Source: Octopus sinensis (lineage: Eukaryota). From it: DNA of 64,000 nt. The translations under genes were made by a program, and so were the position numbers. Position 1 is the stretch's first letter. Every line of letters begins with the position of its first letter. Shown in pieces: positions 48,028-62,099 of the stretch. The DNA is taken from the NCBI RefSeq assembly GCF_006345805.1, contig NC_043001.1, forward strand, positions 62,806,001-62,870,000. Reading direction: 5' to 3'. The notes under the pieces were generated by a model that did not search any database, was not told the DNA's origin, and saw nothing but the letters and a program-made list of their open reading frames with translations.

Positions 48028-49810
48028 CTAGCAGAGATACCCGGCATTGCCCGGTTACATTCAATAGAAGAATTAGACTTTTCTGTTATATATATATATA
48101 TGGATATACACACACACACACACACACACAAGTATGTGTATATTAATATAAATACATGAAAGTACATGAAGTTTGTTAAAAAAAAGGGGATCATGTATAT
48201 ACATCCTGGCTGTTGAGATTATAACACCTCGTTGTAAACAATGTTCCTTGTTTTTCCTTGTGGAGCATATACAAAAAGGTTTCTTTTGGTTCCTACTGTT
48301 GAGCAGCCAACATACAGTTGCCCATGCGAGAAGCAGGGCTCTTCCAAGAGAAGACCAGCTACAGAGAGGGTTTGACCCTGAGATTTGTTAATGGACATGG
48401 CAAAGCTGACACGAAGGGGGAATTGCAGTCTTCTGAATGTAAATGGATGAAATAAGAGGAAATAAGAGGAAATCTTGGAATAAAGACGTCATCACCTTTT
48501 CCACATCCAGAAAGAATGATCGCCTCGATAACGTGTGACATCATTTTCTTTATCACCAGTCGTGCTCCATTGCAAAGTCTTGGTGGTTCCAGATTGCGGA
48601 GTAGCATTACAGGAGTTCCAACTTTAAGTGCTAATATGTGTGGAGGTAGTCCAGGAGGCTCCAGTGAACTGAGAAATTCAGGAGGATAGTTCACAACTTC
48701 ATTTATATCTGGAATTGTATCAACAGACTTGTAAGTGTGTATAGTGCCGGGAAGATTAGCTGTTGATTAATTTTGTTAACAGTGACATTTTTTGGAGCTA
48801 ATATTGCTCTTTCACACAGCCAATTGAGATTTTGGTAGTTTTGTGTGAAGTTGGGAAAGACTTTGTTTTTGAGGTCATCTACAGAATTAACAACAGAGGA
48901 AAATGACCACACTTCCATTTGTCCTGCAGCATCGAGAGGCATCTTGCCTTCACCAAGTGTCAAAATGTCCTGTGCAAACTTTGTGGACATTTTGTCGCCG
49001 TGTAGCTGAGCTCTCATGTTAGTGGTGAGACTGAGGATTGTAACATGATGCCACAGGGTAGAGGACTTTAGGCATGCTTGAACTTCATCAGCTCTAGTGC
49101 CTTTCAGAATGACAGGAAGAGTTGGCCTGAAATCACCTGAGAACAGAAGCGTTACACCTCCCATTGGAGCCTGACAGTCTCGGATGTCTTTCAGGTCTCT
49201 ATCTAATGCTTCCAAAGTATCCCTTGTGAGCCATAGTGCACTCATCCCAGACAATTACGTAACACATTTTAAGTACTTGTCCCTGATCTGAGCTTTTGTT
49301 GATGTTGCATGAAGGCATTTCGGATGCTGCTAAATTGAAAGGGAGTTTAAAAGTTGAGTGTGCTGTCCTACCACTGGGTAACAAAGTAGCTGCAATGCCA
49401 GAGGAGGCTACAGCTACTGCAATGCTACCTAACTTCTGCAAGGAGAAGCTTTGTAATAAATGTTTTTCCTGTCCCTCCAGGAGCATCGAGGAAGAAGATT
49501 CGTCCCTCGTGTTCGCGTACACTGTTAAGAATAGTTCTGTAGTCCTGCAGCTGGTCCAGAAGTAATTTAGGCTCATTTTCAACAATGTACTTTGAAAGCA
49601 CTTCAGTGTTGTAGGTTGTTTCACAAATGACAGCAATGGGAAGGCTATTTGACCCTGACCTGAATGCTTGTGGCAGGCCATACGTCGACAATTCATTTCC
49701 ACCCAGTTTAGCAATTCTGTCTTCAACGTCAATGAGTGTTTTGTTATAGATTTCATTGCTGATACCCTCCATGTCAGGATAGAGCAGTTGAGCTTGGTGC
49801 TGAAGGGGAC
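48028..49810 (-). mobile_element. Helitron copy with longer helicase remnant
   Basis: CTAG 3' end at 48028 matches the 38395 end; FFLDAPGGTGKT, VAVASSGIAATLL..GRTAHSTFKLP, IVWDECTMAH, GDFRPTLPV motifs. Confidence 0.9.
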
Positions 49811-49934
49811 AATGTTTTTGAGATTCCGGTTCGAATGTAAGGCAGGTTTGAAAGTGTTCCCAACAGTTATTAGTTGTAGTGGTAGAGTGTTTATGCTGAA
49901 TATGTACGTATGCATGTATATATATGTATGTATG

Positions 49935-50085
49935 CCTGTATATATGTACGAAATCCACTGAGAAGGCTTTTGTTGGTCTGAAGCTACAGCAGAAGACACA
50001 TGCCAAGTCACCACACAGTGGGACTGAACCCAGGACCATGTGTTTGGAACGTAGTTTGTTACCACACAGCCACACCTGCCCCTGT
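49935..50085 (-). mobile_element. Partial tRNA SINE inserted in the Helitron
   Basis: GGGACTGAACCCAGG..ACCACACAGCCAC is the reverse complement of the SINE head. Confidence 0.7.
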
Positions 50086-51699
50086 GTGTGTGTGCGCGCA
50101 TATGTGTGTATGGGTAGATATATTATGCATGTATATATGTGTACATATTACATGTACATCTATATATATATATACATCTACACATGAAATACAAAATACA
50201 AAGTTATATCTTGATATCGCCAGTGATAACAATACTCAAAATATATATCAGACTGGAATTGTCTCTTGCAATTTCGATCAATTGGATTTTGTCCTCCCTC
50301 TTGTATAGAAGTGTACGGCTGCAGCGAAATTCATTTTTGGACTTTCTTCTGTCAAAGGCATTTTAACAAAAATGCTTCCGTAAAGACGGTGAAAATATTG
50401 TCAATTTCCCCAAACAGGGACACAATTCAATTTTTAAACAATAACCAAAGCCCCTTCTCCAAAAGGGGGAGGGTTACGGTTTACAATTATTTAACAAATG
50501 CAACACAACAACGTTTCCCTGACGAGGAACCAACAAACGTGATTACAATAGTCAAACAGTAATAATAATAACAACAAGCCTTTTTAATTTATCCCTATTT
50601 ATGTGAAACCACTTATTCAAGTTCAAGTCATTGATGCGATTTTGTACGAATTGCTAATACACACACACACATAATAAGGGTGAAAAATTGAATATTAATT
50701 TGATTAATATGAATTGAAAACCAGTGGTGTAGCATATAAGACCATAGCAGATCTTCCTCTAGCAAAAAGGATGACCACTATTAATGGCTCATCCCTGTTA
50801 TATAATACTTTCACTTTAATAGTTTCACACTTGCAAAGAGAAAGTAGGAGAAAGTGTGGTGGTAATAGCAGGAGTAAACCACTTGAAATGAGAGAGGTAA
50901 ATCGTAAAATATTGAGTTTTCTCGAATTTTTGCTTAATTGGGGGTCAAATTGAAAAAACTTTTTATGCCATGACCCAATCGAATCTACTTGGAAAAATCA
51001 TAGGTAAATTCCAATTGAAGAAATTCTATATTGTAGAATTGTATTAAAAAGGAACATGGGAACAGGCAGAGAAAATCTGCTTTTTATCATAAGAGATACT
51101 GTGTTTTCTTTTCCTTTAATGTAAACTATCAAATTTAACCCAAACACCCTAAATATATGAATATATAAACACACACAAACGTGCACATACACACACACAC
51201 AAACACAAGCACACACACACACACACACACACACACAATATAGGCTTGTTTCAATTTCTGTCTACTAAATCCACTAACAAGGCTTTGGTTGACCTGAGAC
51301 TATAGTAGAAGACACCAGCCCAAGTTGCAATGTGGGACTGAAACCAAAATGGTTCCGAAGCAAACTTACTAGCCTTATGGCCATGCCTGTACCTATCATC
51401 ATCATCATTTAACACCCATTATCAATGCTGGCCTGGGTTGGATGGTTTGACAGGTATTAGCAAGCAAGAGAAGTGCACCAAGTTCCATTGCTGGCTTTAT
51501 GGAACTCTCATCAGTCCCAAATAAGATGCTCTTGGTAACCTGAGAGCATATGATCCAAAGGAACAAAATTGATCAGGGAACATAACTCCTGTTATTTATG
51601 TATCTTGATCAATTCTCTTGCTTTGCATCAAGTGATTTCAGGTTAAAATCACCATCTTATTTGAAATTGATGAGACCATAAGAAACCTAGCTTGCTTGC

Positions 51700-52230
51700 T
51701 TCATGCTTTTGTTTGATTGTGCTGGGGTCATCCCAAGTTAGTTCCAGAGACGTCATCATGCATGGAGCCAACCAAGTCCACCAGTGTTCTCCATCACTGG
51801 CAGTCCCATGCCAGCCCTTCTGCATCCTCCAAGGTGATGTTGAGCCTCTGGAGTTCCAGCCATCTGGTGCGAGGCCTGCCAATCACATCCAGCCATCTTG
51901 TGCAGGGCTTGCTACAAGGCCTCTTCTAGCCCACAGCTTCTGTGTTGAATGAGAGTAAAGCCTTGTTGATCTAGCAGAAGATGGAGGACATGTTCATACC
52001 AGTGCATGCAATGGATAGCTATGAGGTGTGAGGCTATGGGCTGCTGTGTGTGCATATACAGTAGTTTATTGGAAATGTGATAGTACCATCTCATGTTCTT
52101 GATGGTTCTCAGGGCTCTACTATTGAAGCTATTAATCATCTTTGTCAGGGTCTTCAAGAGGGGCCATGTTTCTGACCATAGAAGAGAATGGAGAGAGCAG
52201 ATGCATTGTGCGTGCAGAGTTTCATCTTCC
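51700..52230 (-). pseudogene. 3' fragment of a different RTE-like LINE subfamily
   Basis: LLWSETWPLLKTLTKMINSFNSRALRTI..WYYHISN..HWYEHVL (ORF 51912..52298). Confidence 0.7.
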
Positions 52231-54579
52231 AAGAGATAGAGTAGTGTGTGAGTGTGTATACATGCTGGTATCAAACGATAAGAATAAGCACTCCACATTG
52301 CATTGAAGGATAAATATTCTTAATCCATAATGTGTGTCTGTGTGTGTAGTTGTGTGTGTGTGTGTGCGTGCATGCAGGGAACATGTGAAGACCAGAAAGA
52401 AATGGAGCTAGTATGCTTTGATGCATATACAACATTATTGTAGTGTACAACCAAGTACAAATATGTTGCAAGAGAAACTGAGCATAAGGAGCATCAGATG
52501 AGGTGTGCAACAGAAATAACTGCTCTTGTATGGTTATGTGATGCAAACAGATAAGGATAGCTGTATAAAGAAATACTGATTACTAAAAGAGGAAGGAACC
52601 TGTGGAAGAGGGAGACCAGAAGAGACATGAGATGAAGTGGTAAAGATTGACTTTAAGTTATTGCATCTCTTGGAGAAAATGACATGGACCTGAGATGAAT
52701 GGCAATATGCTGTGCTTGAGAAGACCCATCCATCTCAGCAAAAATGAGGTTCTGTCTAGCTTTCTCCTACATTGTATCCCTTGTCCCTCCTACCTACTGA
52801 CCACTCCTATTTCCTTCTTCACTCCCCCACCAAACTGATATTTACTGTGCCCAACTCAATCTCCCTCTCTAATCATGTGTCACACTATTTTCACTTTGGC
52901 ACCCTTGTCTACCTACCCACCTTTTCTTCTATGTCCTATACTCTTTTAAATTTACCTTGTACCTTAACTTCACATTTCTCTTTGTCTCTCACTCTCTCTT
53001 TTTCAGAGATGGGAAAGCCATGTATGCATTTATAATGGCAGGAAGGTTTTTATGATACTTTTGGGGTATCTTCTTCCATTATAATTATTCTGTTGATTCA
53101 AGGAGCTTGAAATATGAAGAATGAAGTTCTCAGGCAGAGTAAATTCAATAACTGTTTATTCACAGCTGCTTCGTACAAAGGGTTTGCTTTCAATAACCAT
53201 CTTCACAGCAGTGTGTAGTTAGCCTTCTCACCCATACACGTGAGGTTCAATAACCTCTGGAGACAATGCATGCGGTTTCACAGCAGGACAAAAGTCCACT
53301 GTGAGCTCCTGGCTTCAAAGTCTTGCTTGGCATCTGCGTGAGAAGAATGAGATAGCAAATGTTGTCTTTTCCTTAAATAATGGTTGCAGGCGAGATCTCG
53401 TTTTTGTCTCGTGTATGAAAATGGTTGCAAGTGAGATCTCACTGTTTCAAAATGGCACTGGCTTCTTTGTGCCTTGCTACAGGGGCTTCCCCCTGAGAAC
53501 GCCAGTGTGAAAATAGAGAATAACTGGAGCAGGCACAAGAAAAGAGCAAAGATGGTAACCGATCGCAAACAACAAGATATGGTACAAAAATGTGACACGT
53601 CAAAATGAAAAATAATTGCAAGAAATATAAATTGGCATGCACAAAATTTGACAAAATGTTCAATGGTAGAGTATTGGAATTGTTCAGTAACACAAGAAAG
53701 CAACTGTCTGTCACAGGAAACACAAAAGAGATTGTCAGATATAAATAGTTTTGGTAAGTTTTTGGGGCCAATGCACAGTACAACCTGTCCTGATGACATA
53801 AGATTTGTTTGTGTTAAGTTGTGGCAATGAAGGTGGAAGACAGATAAGTAAGAACACACAGCTGATTTCATGCTTTAGTGAACTAGGCTACACTACTTCA
53901 TGATGTGTATTTTAGCATTTGCTGTATTTTAATGATTTTATATGCATTTATTCTTATTTATTGTAACATGATTTTATGTGCTTTTAATGTTTTTTAGTGT
54001 TTTACGATTCCAATATTGTTGGCGGGCCAACATAAAGTCAAATAAAATGACTTAACTTGACTTTTATCTTTCCCTATATTATTTTTGAAAACCGACATAT
54101 CTTCAAGAATGACCTAAGTTGAAACGACTTAAGCCGAGGTATCCCTGTATATATATGTCTATGTACATACATGTGCATTTGGCACACCGCCAAATATCAT
54201 GAACTACAAGTGGTGATGTTGTTCTGTCTCCTATCAACAAATCATTCACTGGCTTAAGGATCCCTTACTTGAAAACAGGAAATCAATCTGGCTGTGAAGC
54301 AATGACTCGATAAGATATTCATCTAATCCTAAAATGGACCTGTAAACATTGAGAAACGAGCATAAAAACAAATTTTGTGTGTGTGTAATAAGCTTGTATG
54401 TTGATATTCCATGGTGTCACCGGTTGAGTGAAGCAATGGTCATGTTGACATTATGGCTGATCATTCTGTGTTTTCCAAGACTTGTGAAATAAAGGAATCC
54501 CTTACTTGAGAAGTAGGTAATGGTTGGCAGCAAAAAGAGCATCCAGCAGTAAAATTTTGCCTTAAATAATGTTTTGTGA

Positions 54580-54903
54580 AAGTGCATGGCTCAGTGGTTA
54601 GAGCGATGAACTTACGACCGTGAGGTTGTGAGTTCGAATCCTGGACCGGGTTGCATGTTGTGTTCTTGAGCAAGACACTTTATTTCATGTTGCTCAAGTT
54701 CACTCAGCTGTAGAAATGAGTTGCGACATCACTGGTGCCAAGCTATATCAGCTTTTGTCTTTCCCTTGGATAACATCGGTGGCATGGAGCGGGGAGGCTG
54801 GTATGCATTGGCAACTGCTGACCTTCCGTAAACAACCTTGCCTGGACTTGTGCCTTGGAGGGTAACTTTCTAGGTGCAATCATTCATGACCAAACTGGGT
54901 CTC
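54580..54903 (+). mobile_element. tRNA-derived SINE with CORE/V-like centre
   Basis: A box TGGCTCAGTGG, B box GAGTTCGAATCC, then GTGTTCTTGAGCAAGACACTTTA. Confidence 0.75.
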
Positions 54904-55367
54904 CGAAATAATGTTCCATCTAAACCTATGGAAAAATGGATGTTGAATGAATGAATAATTGTTGTGCTCTCTACCATTTCCCCAAGCTTACAAGGAAGCC
55001 TCTATTGGTCTCTGTTTGCCTCAAACACCAGCCAAGTCTCCCTCAAATTACACCCTACCATAATAAAAAAAGGAGAGACACATTCCTTTTTCTTTAATCC
55101 TGGATATGGAAAGATCATGGTTTAAATATTTTGGTCATAGGTCAGCGTGATCAGAGTAGGGTTGGAGTTAAACAACTGTAACTATTTTCTATATGGTAAT
55201 ATATATGTCTATGAATTCCTAATAAAAACAAAAAAAAGCTTTATAACTTACCTTGAAAAGAAGCTTAGTTTGGAAAAATATGGCATTCATGTCCAGTTTT
55301 CATTTGATGATTAATCTCAATAAACTGCAATTTGATCAGATTTATTTCATGTTAGTCTTAAAAAATA

Positions 55368-56883
55368 CACTGAACTGCAAAAGAAACATGATTTTTTTCA
55401 AATGTCATTTTTATATGGTAAATTCTGAAAATTTATTTCAGAGATGTAGGTGTAAATATTCCAAGACATACCAGTTTATGGCTGAGATCCAAATTGCAGG
55501 TAACCTTTCAACTTTCCCTGAAACGAGATGCCAAAATGCAGCTGTGTTGAATGCCATGGGTGACAGTCACAAACAATTGTCACGAAAACCAAAATGTATG
55601 TGCATCTTGTGGAGGTTATGGGTACAAAAATCAACTTGAACTGCATTCCTGGCATTCATAATTTGGATGCATCAGGTATGACTCAACGGTCAGCAGCACA
55701 GAGAAAACAAGCTATTGGCCCGTTGCAAGCATGGCGGTACACCCTGGTTGTTGCGAAAGCTTACAATGTCCATGTCAGCACCTTCTATTGCCTGCAACAG
55801 TGATACAAAACCAATAGCACTACAGACCATGCCTGAAGAGGGCACCTCCAGGTGACCATGCTCAGGCAGGACCGTTTCATCCACCTGCAACACCTCTGTG
55901 ATCACTTCAGACCAACTAGTGGGACAGCTCACAGGACCAATGGCACTGGACAGCAACCCATCAGTGACGACACTGCACAACTGGCTGCCAACAACCTGCA
56001 TCGCTGTCGTTCTGCTCAAGGGCCTGTCCTCACTGCCTGCCACTATCAGGCACAACTAGAGTGGGCTACACAACACCGACATTAGCGGCATCAACAATGG
56101 AGGTCGATAGTCTTCTCTGACGAGAGCTGGTACTGCGTTTTTACCTCGAATGGCAGAGTGAGAGTGTGGCATAGGAGGGCTGAATGCTACAGAGTTGCAT
56201 GTGTCATGGAGAGAGACATGTGGGGTGGCTAAAGCATCATGGTTGGGGGTGCTATAGGCCTGAATCAGACAATTGGGCCCCATGTGTTCCAAAATGTTGG
56301 TGCAGGCAGAGGGAATGGCATCACAGCACAGCTCTACATTGACCAGATCCTAAGACCTCACATCACACCCTTCGTTGTGCATCACCATAGCCACATGATC
56401 CAGTAGGACAATGCTCCCTCCAACATGGCCAGGGTCACCATAGACTTCCTACATCAGCACAACATCAAAACCATGCTGTGGCCAGCTCTCAGCCTGGATT
56501 TAAACCCAACTGAGCACCTGTGGGATGAAATCCAGAGATGGCTGAACCAGGTGGTCCTAAGACCAACAACTTGTGTGGAACTGGAGGCAGCTTTCCTCAG
56601 GGTGTGGGCACAGGTGCCTATGGCTTTTGTGAATCACCTCATGCGCTCCATGTACCAATGGTGTATGGTCGTTTTGAACACCCAGTGAGAGCAAACACAG
56701 TATTGAACATGTCATGCCCTACAATCTCGCTGGATCCACCCACTACCAGAACACATGACAACTCATAGACAACTCATCCAAGAAATTGACTTTATCAGAT
56801 TTATCAAAATTTATCTCTGACATAATGAAATTAAAACATATTTCACAGTCACACACATCTCGTGTTTCTTTTGTGGTTCAGCA
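55368..56883 (+). mobile_element. Decayed Tc1 (DD34E) transposon
   Basis: Imperfect TIRs TA|CACTGAACTGCAAAAGAAAC ... GTTTCTTTTGTGGTTCAGCA|TA; IVFSDES, DNAP, WPALSLDLNPTEHLWD. Confidence 0.88.
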
Positions 56884-56909
56884 TAGTTTCAAAGAAAACT
56901 TATAACTTT

Positions 56910-57294
56910 ATAGAATGGTTGTATACTGTCAATCTAATGTGAACGTGACAGTAGGGGGTTACACCACCGCTGTTTACCCCTAGGAAGCATCAACGCTTCC
57001 TGCTGGCTTCGACACATTTTTCCTGTGTCCTTATATACATTTACGAAGGGGAGACAAACACCCCCAGCAGCCAGGCCTGCATCTAGAGACACGCATGTCT
57101 CAGGATCATTGTCCATCATCGGTCTAGAGTAGCAGACGCCCGCCAGCCGAGAATATCTGTCCCAATTTGCAAATGTATATATCTAATTTTCAGTGAAGTT
57201 TATTCACTGATTACCAAAATCAGAAATATTAAATTTCTAAATCTCTCATAGAGATATATAAAGTGGTGGGGCGATAGAATGGTTGTATACTGTC
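56910..57294 (-). mobile_element. Second copy of the hammerhead element with 21-bp terminal direct repeat
   Basis: ATAGAATGGTTGTATACTGTC at 56910 and 57274; degenerate hammerhead at ~57082-57129 (TCTAGA CCGATGA TGGA..TCCT GAGA CATGCGTG TC TCTAGA). Confidence 0.7.
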
Positions 57295-57869
57295 TTTATA
57301 TCCTTAATTGCTTCATCTATCATATTAATGTCGACTTTGAATAGAGAATAGAGATATTGTGGGTGAGAAAAGACAGGAAAAGCCCCTGGACCATCAGGAT
57401 TACCACTGAGATTATTAAAATATCTGGCGGAATAGGATATAGCCTGGTCACTTGTATAGTTAATATACTGAGATTTGGTCTGTAATTCTCAGTAGATTGT
57501 CCCACAGGAACTTCCAATTGTTCCCTAAGCTATATATATGTGAGCCCAATAAAATATAAAACAATACACTTAGACCAAGCATCCAGCCTGAATGTTTGCA
57601 ACAGAATGGACTCCACTAAAGGTAGCCAAGGATCAGTAGTGATGTTAACTGGGTGACAACAGAGTGGACTTCTACTAAAGGTACCCAAGGACCATGGTGG
57701 TGTTAAACCACACAATGGGTTATGTCTACCACCTAAATAATACTTCAGAATATTTCATTTTCTCACCTATGAAATGAACATTGATATGGTTTGTTGACAA
57801 TCAATGTTTCATTTATTAAAATTCTAATACAACTTGATATTTTTCCACTCATAACCAAGTCCCAGCCAG

Positions 57870-58625
57870 ACCAAGGGTGACATGGTGGTGGAACAAAGAA
57901 GTAGACAGTGCTATAAAAGCAAAGAGAAAAATTGTTGCAGCAGATAATTATATTGGGTAACTGGAAGGGAAGCTATGCAATAGGTTTACATAGCAAAGAG
58001 AAAAGCAGAAAGTAGGAGACTGCCATGTCTTACTGTGTGAGGTATCCCAGATTGCAAAGAAGTGTATCAGAGAGAGAGAGAGAATAGAGATATTGTGGGT
58101 GAGAAATGTGTGCAAATAGATAATGGTATACTTGTACTTAGTGATTCAGAGAAGAAAAATGCATGGAAATGCCACAATAAAAGTTTGCTAAATGTGGAGT
58201 ATTCATGGGAGGAGAGTCAAATATGGACCCAACTGAGGGACCAGCCATCAAAGTCGACATTAATATGATAGATGAAGCAATTAAGGATATAAAAACAGGA
58301 AAAGCCCCTGGACCATCAGGATTACCACTGAGATTATTAAAATATCTGGCGGAATAGGATATAGCCTAGTCACTTGTATAGTTAATCAGGTTATCCAGGA
58401 AGGCATCATCCCCAATGACTGGTGGAGTAGCAGCTATAAGGGTAAAGATGATACTTTAGATAGAAACTACTACAGAGGACTAGGTCATGTAAGTTACAGA
58501 GAGAGTTATACCCCAATTGATTAGGGACAGAATTAAACTAGATGAGACACTGTTTTGTTTTGTACCAGTGATACAGCTGCAGAAGTATCTAGCCAAAAGT
58601 AAATCAATGTACTTGGTGTTGTTAA
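57870..58625 (+). pseudogene. Decayed RTE LINE fragment
   Basis: VTWWWN, IVGEKCVQI, KAPGPSG remnants. Confidence 0.8.
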
Positions 58626-58629
58626 GGTT

Positions 58630-59085
58630 GGGAGAAGCAGCCGCTATTTCTAGCGTTCGGGTCGGGCTGTGTTAAAGGATCCATTTCCGCTGAAGGGTCT
58701 CCATCTGAGCGAAGAGAAGGTAGGTGCCTTATTTCGAATCTCTCGCATACACCACAAGCTATTTCGGCACTCTATATAAGACGTCACCACGATGGCAGCG
58801 AAAATCAGGATCGCCAGTGACATCATCAGACCCTTTAATGGTGAAGGCGATGTAGTGGCCTGGATGCGAAAAATCAGGCTGGTGGCAAGACTGCAAGGTA
58901 TAAGCGATGTGGCAAGTCTTATGGTGCTGTATTTGGAAGGGAGCACGTTGACGCTATATCTTGAGATGGACGAGGAAGAACGTCTGAGCAAGGAAAAGAT
59001 AGAGCAACGTCTGAGGGATGCCTATACAGAGTGTGAATACACAGCTTTTGCTAAGCTGGGTACAATTAGATGGTGGACGAGTACG
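58630..59085 (+). pseudogene. Gypsy LTR end plus gag N-terminus, same family as 5720-8740
   Basis: ORF 58792: MAAKIRIASDIIRPFNGEGDVVAWMRKIRLVARLQGISDVA matches ORF 8214..8498. Confidence 0.85.
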
Positions 59086-59299
59086 AGGCAGAAGTTCAAA
59101 GGTTCCCTTTATGGTTTTATTTTACCCTACTGGAGAGTACAGTTGTGTATCATGAGAGAGCTAGAGGTATTGTTATATTTTTCTTGTTGAATTAGTTTTT
59201 GTTACTGTTTTGGTGTTGTTACACATGCTGCTATTAGCAGATTTATTTTTCAAGATTTTCCCCTTTTTAAAGGGAGAACCTTTTATTTTTGTTTAATTT

Positions 59300-61640
59300 T
59301 TGAAAAAAAAAGGGAAATGAGCAACATTAAACGCTCACCAGGGCAAAATTCCTGAATTACTGGACGAAATAGTCCCGGAGTTACTGAATACCAAAGAAAA
59401 AGATAATTTACAAATGATGACAGGAATACCACAAAAAAAAAAAAAGGATTTTGCAGCAGTAGTTACCATTAATAGTAAAACTGTAAACATAAAAATCAAC
59501 AAACTAGATAAATACAAATGCCTCCTACAAAAGGAGGGAAACAATGTAAAGCTGATGCCACCAGGTAATGTTACACACTACAAAAAGGGGGACAATAATT
59601 TATAAGACATTTTCGGTGAAAACAAAAAAAAGCAGACATGGCTTCTAAGGAAGCAACAGAAAAATGCCTTAGGCCTATCTGGCAAGAGACAATGTATGTG
59701 GTGAGAGGCAAAAAATTCACAACCATTGAAGTCTGGTTTCAAAAAGAGGAGAAAGCAAGGCAACACTCTACCACTTCACTGAAAACAGCAGACCTGGTTC
59801 TCCTACTGACATACCTTGAAAGCTGTACTTCCAAGGTGGAGGAAATTTTACCAGAGGTGGATGTTGCCAGGCTATCATCCTTGGCTTGAAAGATAAAATT
59901 ATCATCCTCCAAGACACAAAGTACCACCAACAGTACTAGCAGGAGCAGGGACTTGAAATGTTAATTCAAGCTATCCCAACGGATTTGGAAGAAATTGCAG
60001 ATCAAAGGGGACGAGACTACACTGAGGGTTATGGAGGAGGGTCACAATCCCCACTATTATAAGTGAGGTCAGAAGGGTCGCATCAGGGCTGAATGCCCAC
60101 CTCCAGCCACATCCCTCTACCCTCTAACCCTCCACAAGAAAAAACAACAAAAAGGAATGAAAAGCTACCTCCAAGGAAGGAGCCAGCGAGACTAGCTGAG
60201 AAATAACCTACCACCACTCAACCAGCCACCATTCAACCTACCACCACAGAACAAAACTGGCAAATTGTAAGCCCCAAAACAAGAAGAGAAAAAATTCCCT
60301 CCCACCCCACACAGACAAAAACACACATGCACTCACCACAAGCACACAGGAACCCCAAACTCCCCTCCCACAACCACCCAAAACAATAATAAATCTAACC
60401 ACAATAAATGTGAATAATACTGAACTCATAGAAAAATTCAAAAAATCCCACATGCCAAACCATACAACACATTAAACAATCTGAAGACATTGGCCCTCTC
60501 CAGAACTTCTCTGCTTATTTGTACAACCAGTTCAGAGGGAGCACCCCTCAAACCACACCACATATCACTATGGAAGAGCAAGTACATGCACCCCTCCTCA
60601 AAGAATTTTTTAAAAAAACAAAAAAAAAGAAAGTTAGTAAACCTTTTCTTATGTTCTTGTTCAATGTAGGTTATATAAATGTATGTGGTCTGGGGTCAGA
60701 TTGGAAGCAAAGATGCCTCCTCGAAGATCTCAGGTTGCATAGATTGGATTTAGTAGTCACTACTGAAACTAGATGGAGAGGAAATCCTTGCCTCAGTGGT
60801 CTACTAAATCATTTTCAGCTAGCAGACCGATTTAGACTGGATCACCTGGATGTCTCATTGTGGACATGGGCAAATAACAATGGGTCTTACAGATCTTTTC
60901 TAGATAGGATTATTGTTAGAATTAAGAATAAGAATAGTTAGTTGTCCTCAACATCATATTTTCAACTACAGTGATCGCAAATTTGTGGCCTGTAGGTTTG
61001 ACTTAGTATGTGTAGACAGGGACCCAGTTACTGGAAGCTAAACAGGTCACTAATGGTCTATGAAGCCTACAGGCAGTTAGTGATAAAGGACATTAACAGG
61101 CACTATTACTACAACAAAAGGTGGGATGCCCTCAAAAGTACCATTAAATTTAGTAAGGAACTAGTCAATAATAGAAATAGAATAAAAAGGATTTTAGTTA
61201 TGGCTCTAGAAGAGGCAATGGAGTCAGGCTCTTCATCCAGAGTTTTAGCTGCAAGGCTGGCACTCGATCAATATCCAAAAACTAAGCATGAAGGATACAT
61301 TATCAGGGCTAAGTTACGTGCAATGGGACAAGAGGGAATCAACATTGCTGGATGGGCCCATGTATTAGAGACCCAATGTGACAATAGAACCATAATAAGG
61401 TCTTTGACAGACCAACACGAATGTTCAGTAAACGAACCCGAGGAGATGTGCAAGAGGTTTCACGAGCATTTTGCCCAGCTTTTTGGGAGGGGTGGTGAAT
61501 AGGAGCATGGGGAGGACCTTGCAGACTTCCTCACCAGTTTGCCACACCTCTTGGTGCAGGAAACAGAATGCTGTGAAGGGCCAATCACAGCTGCAGAGGT
61601 GGAGGAGGCATTGTCGAAATGTGGCGAGGACAAGCATCTT
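59300..61640 (+). mobile_element. Degenerate L1/Tx1-clade LINE (ORF1 with decayed zinc knuckle, ORF2 APE)
   Basis: YYK*GQKGRIRAECP near 60055-60100; VGYINVCGL..VTTETR, FLDRI, SDRKFV, GPSYWKLNRSL. Confidence 0.8.
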
Positions 61641-62099
61641 GAAAAGAAGGAGTAGACATAGAAGATAATGTAGTCCTCAATACATGATACTACCCGAGAA
61701 AAAGATAGGATGGTCACAATTTGAATGCTTTTTAAAGTAACACCTTTTCACCTATAAACACTGTTTGGCAACTGATTAACTCACCTCACTTCTAGCCGGA
61801 AGATGACCTCTTAGAGTCATGCAGATTTGATCTTTTGCACAGATGAAACATTTTTCAGCTATGAAAAGTTGGTTTTAACTGCTATTTCACACAGGCTAAA
61901 AATTTAGTGTCTCAGTCATTGTTATTAGACAATACTATTAGTATATTAACTCAGTCTTCACACAATTACTGTAAGATTGTTATGGTATTAAATAACAGAC
62001 TAACATATCACAGAGGGATGACTTCAAACCTTTGAAACACAAGTATACAATTTTGAGCTAGAGGAAAGAAATGAGACTTTGATGGCAACAATTAATTAA

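Noticed and set aside
51485-51520. Hammerhead-like CTGATGA plus 8-bp stem on the minus strand
   Set aside because: There is no GAAA or stem III after stem II; it runs into an RTE-like tail.
53278-53871. 197-aa minus-strand ORF with faint CGGBP1/hAT-like words (DNLFCVSC, TIEHFVKFC)
   Set aside because: The similarity is too short, and the rest reads like an antisense or low-complexity frame; an HHpred search would be needed.
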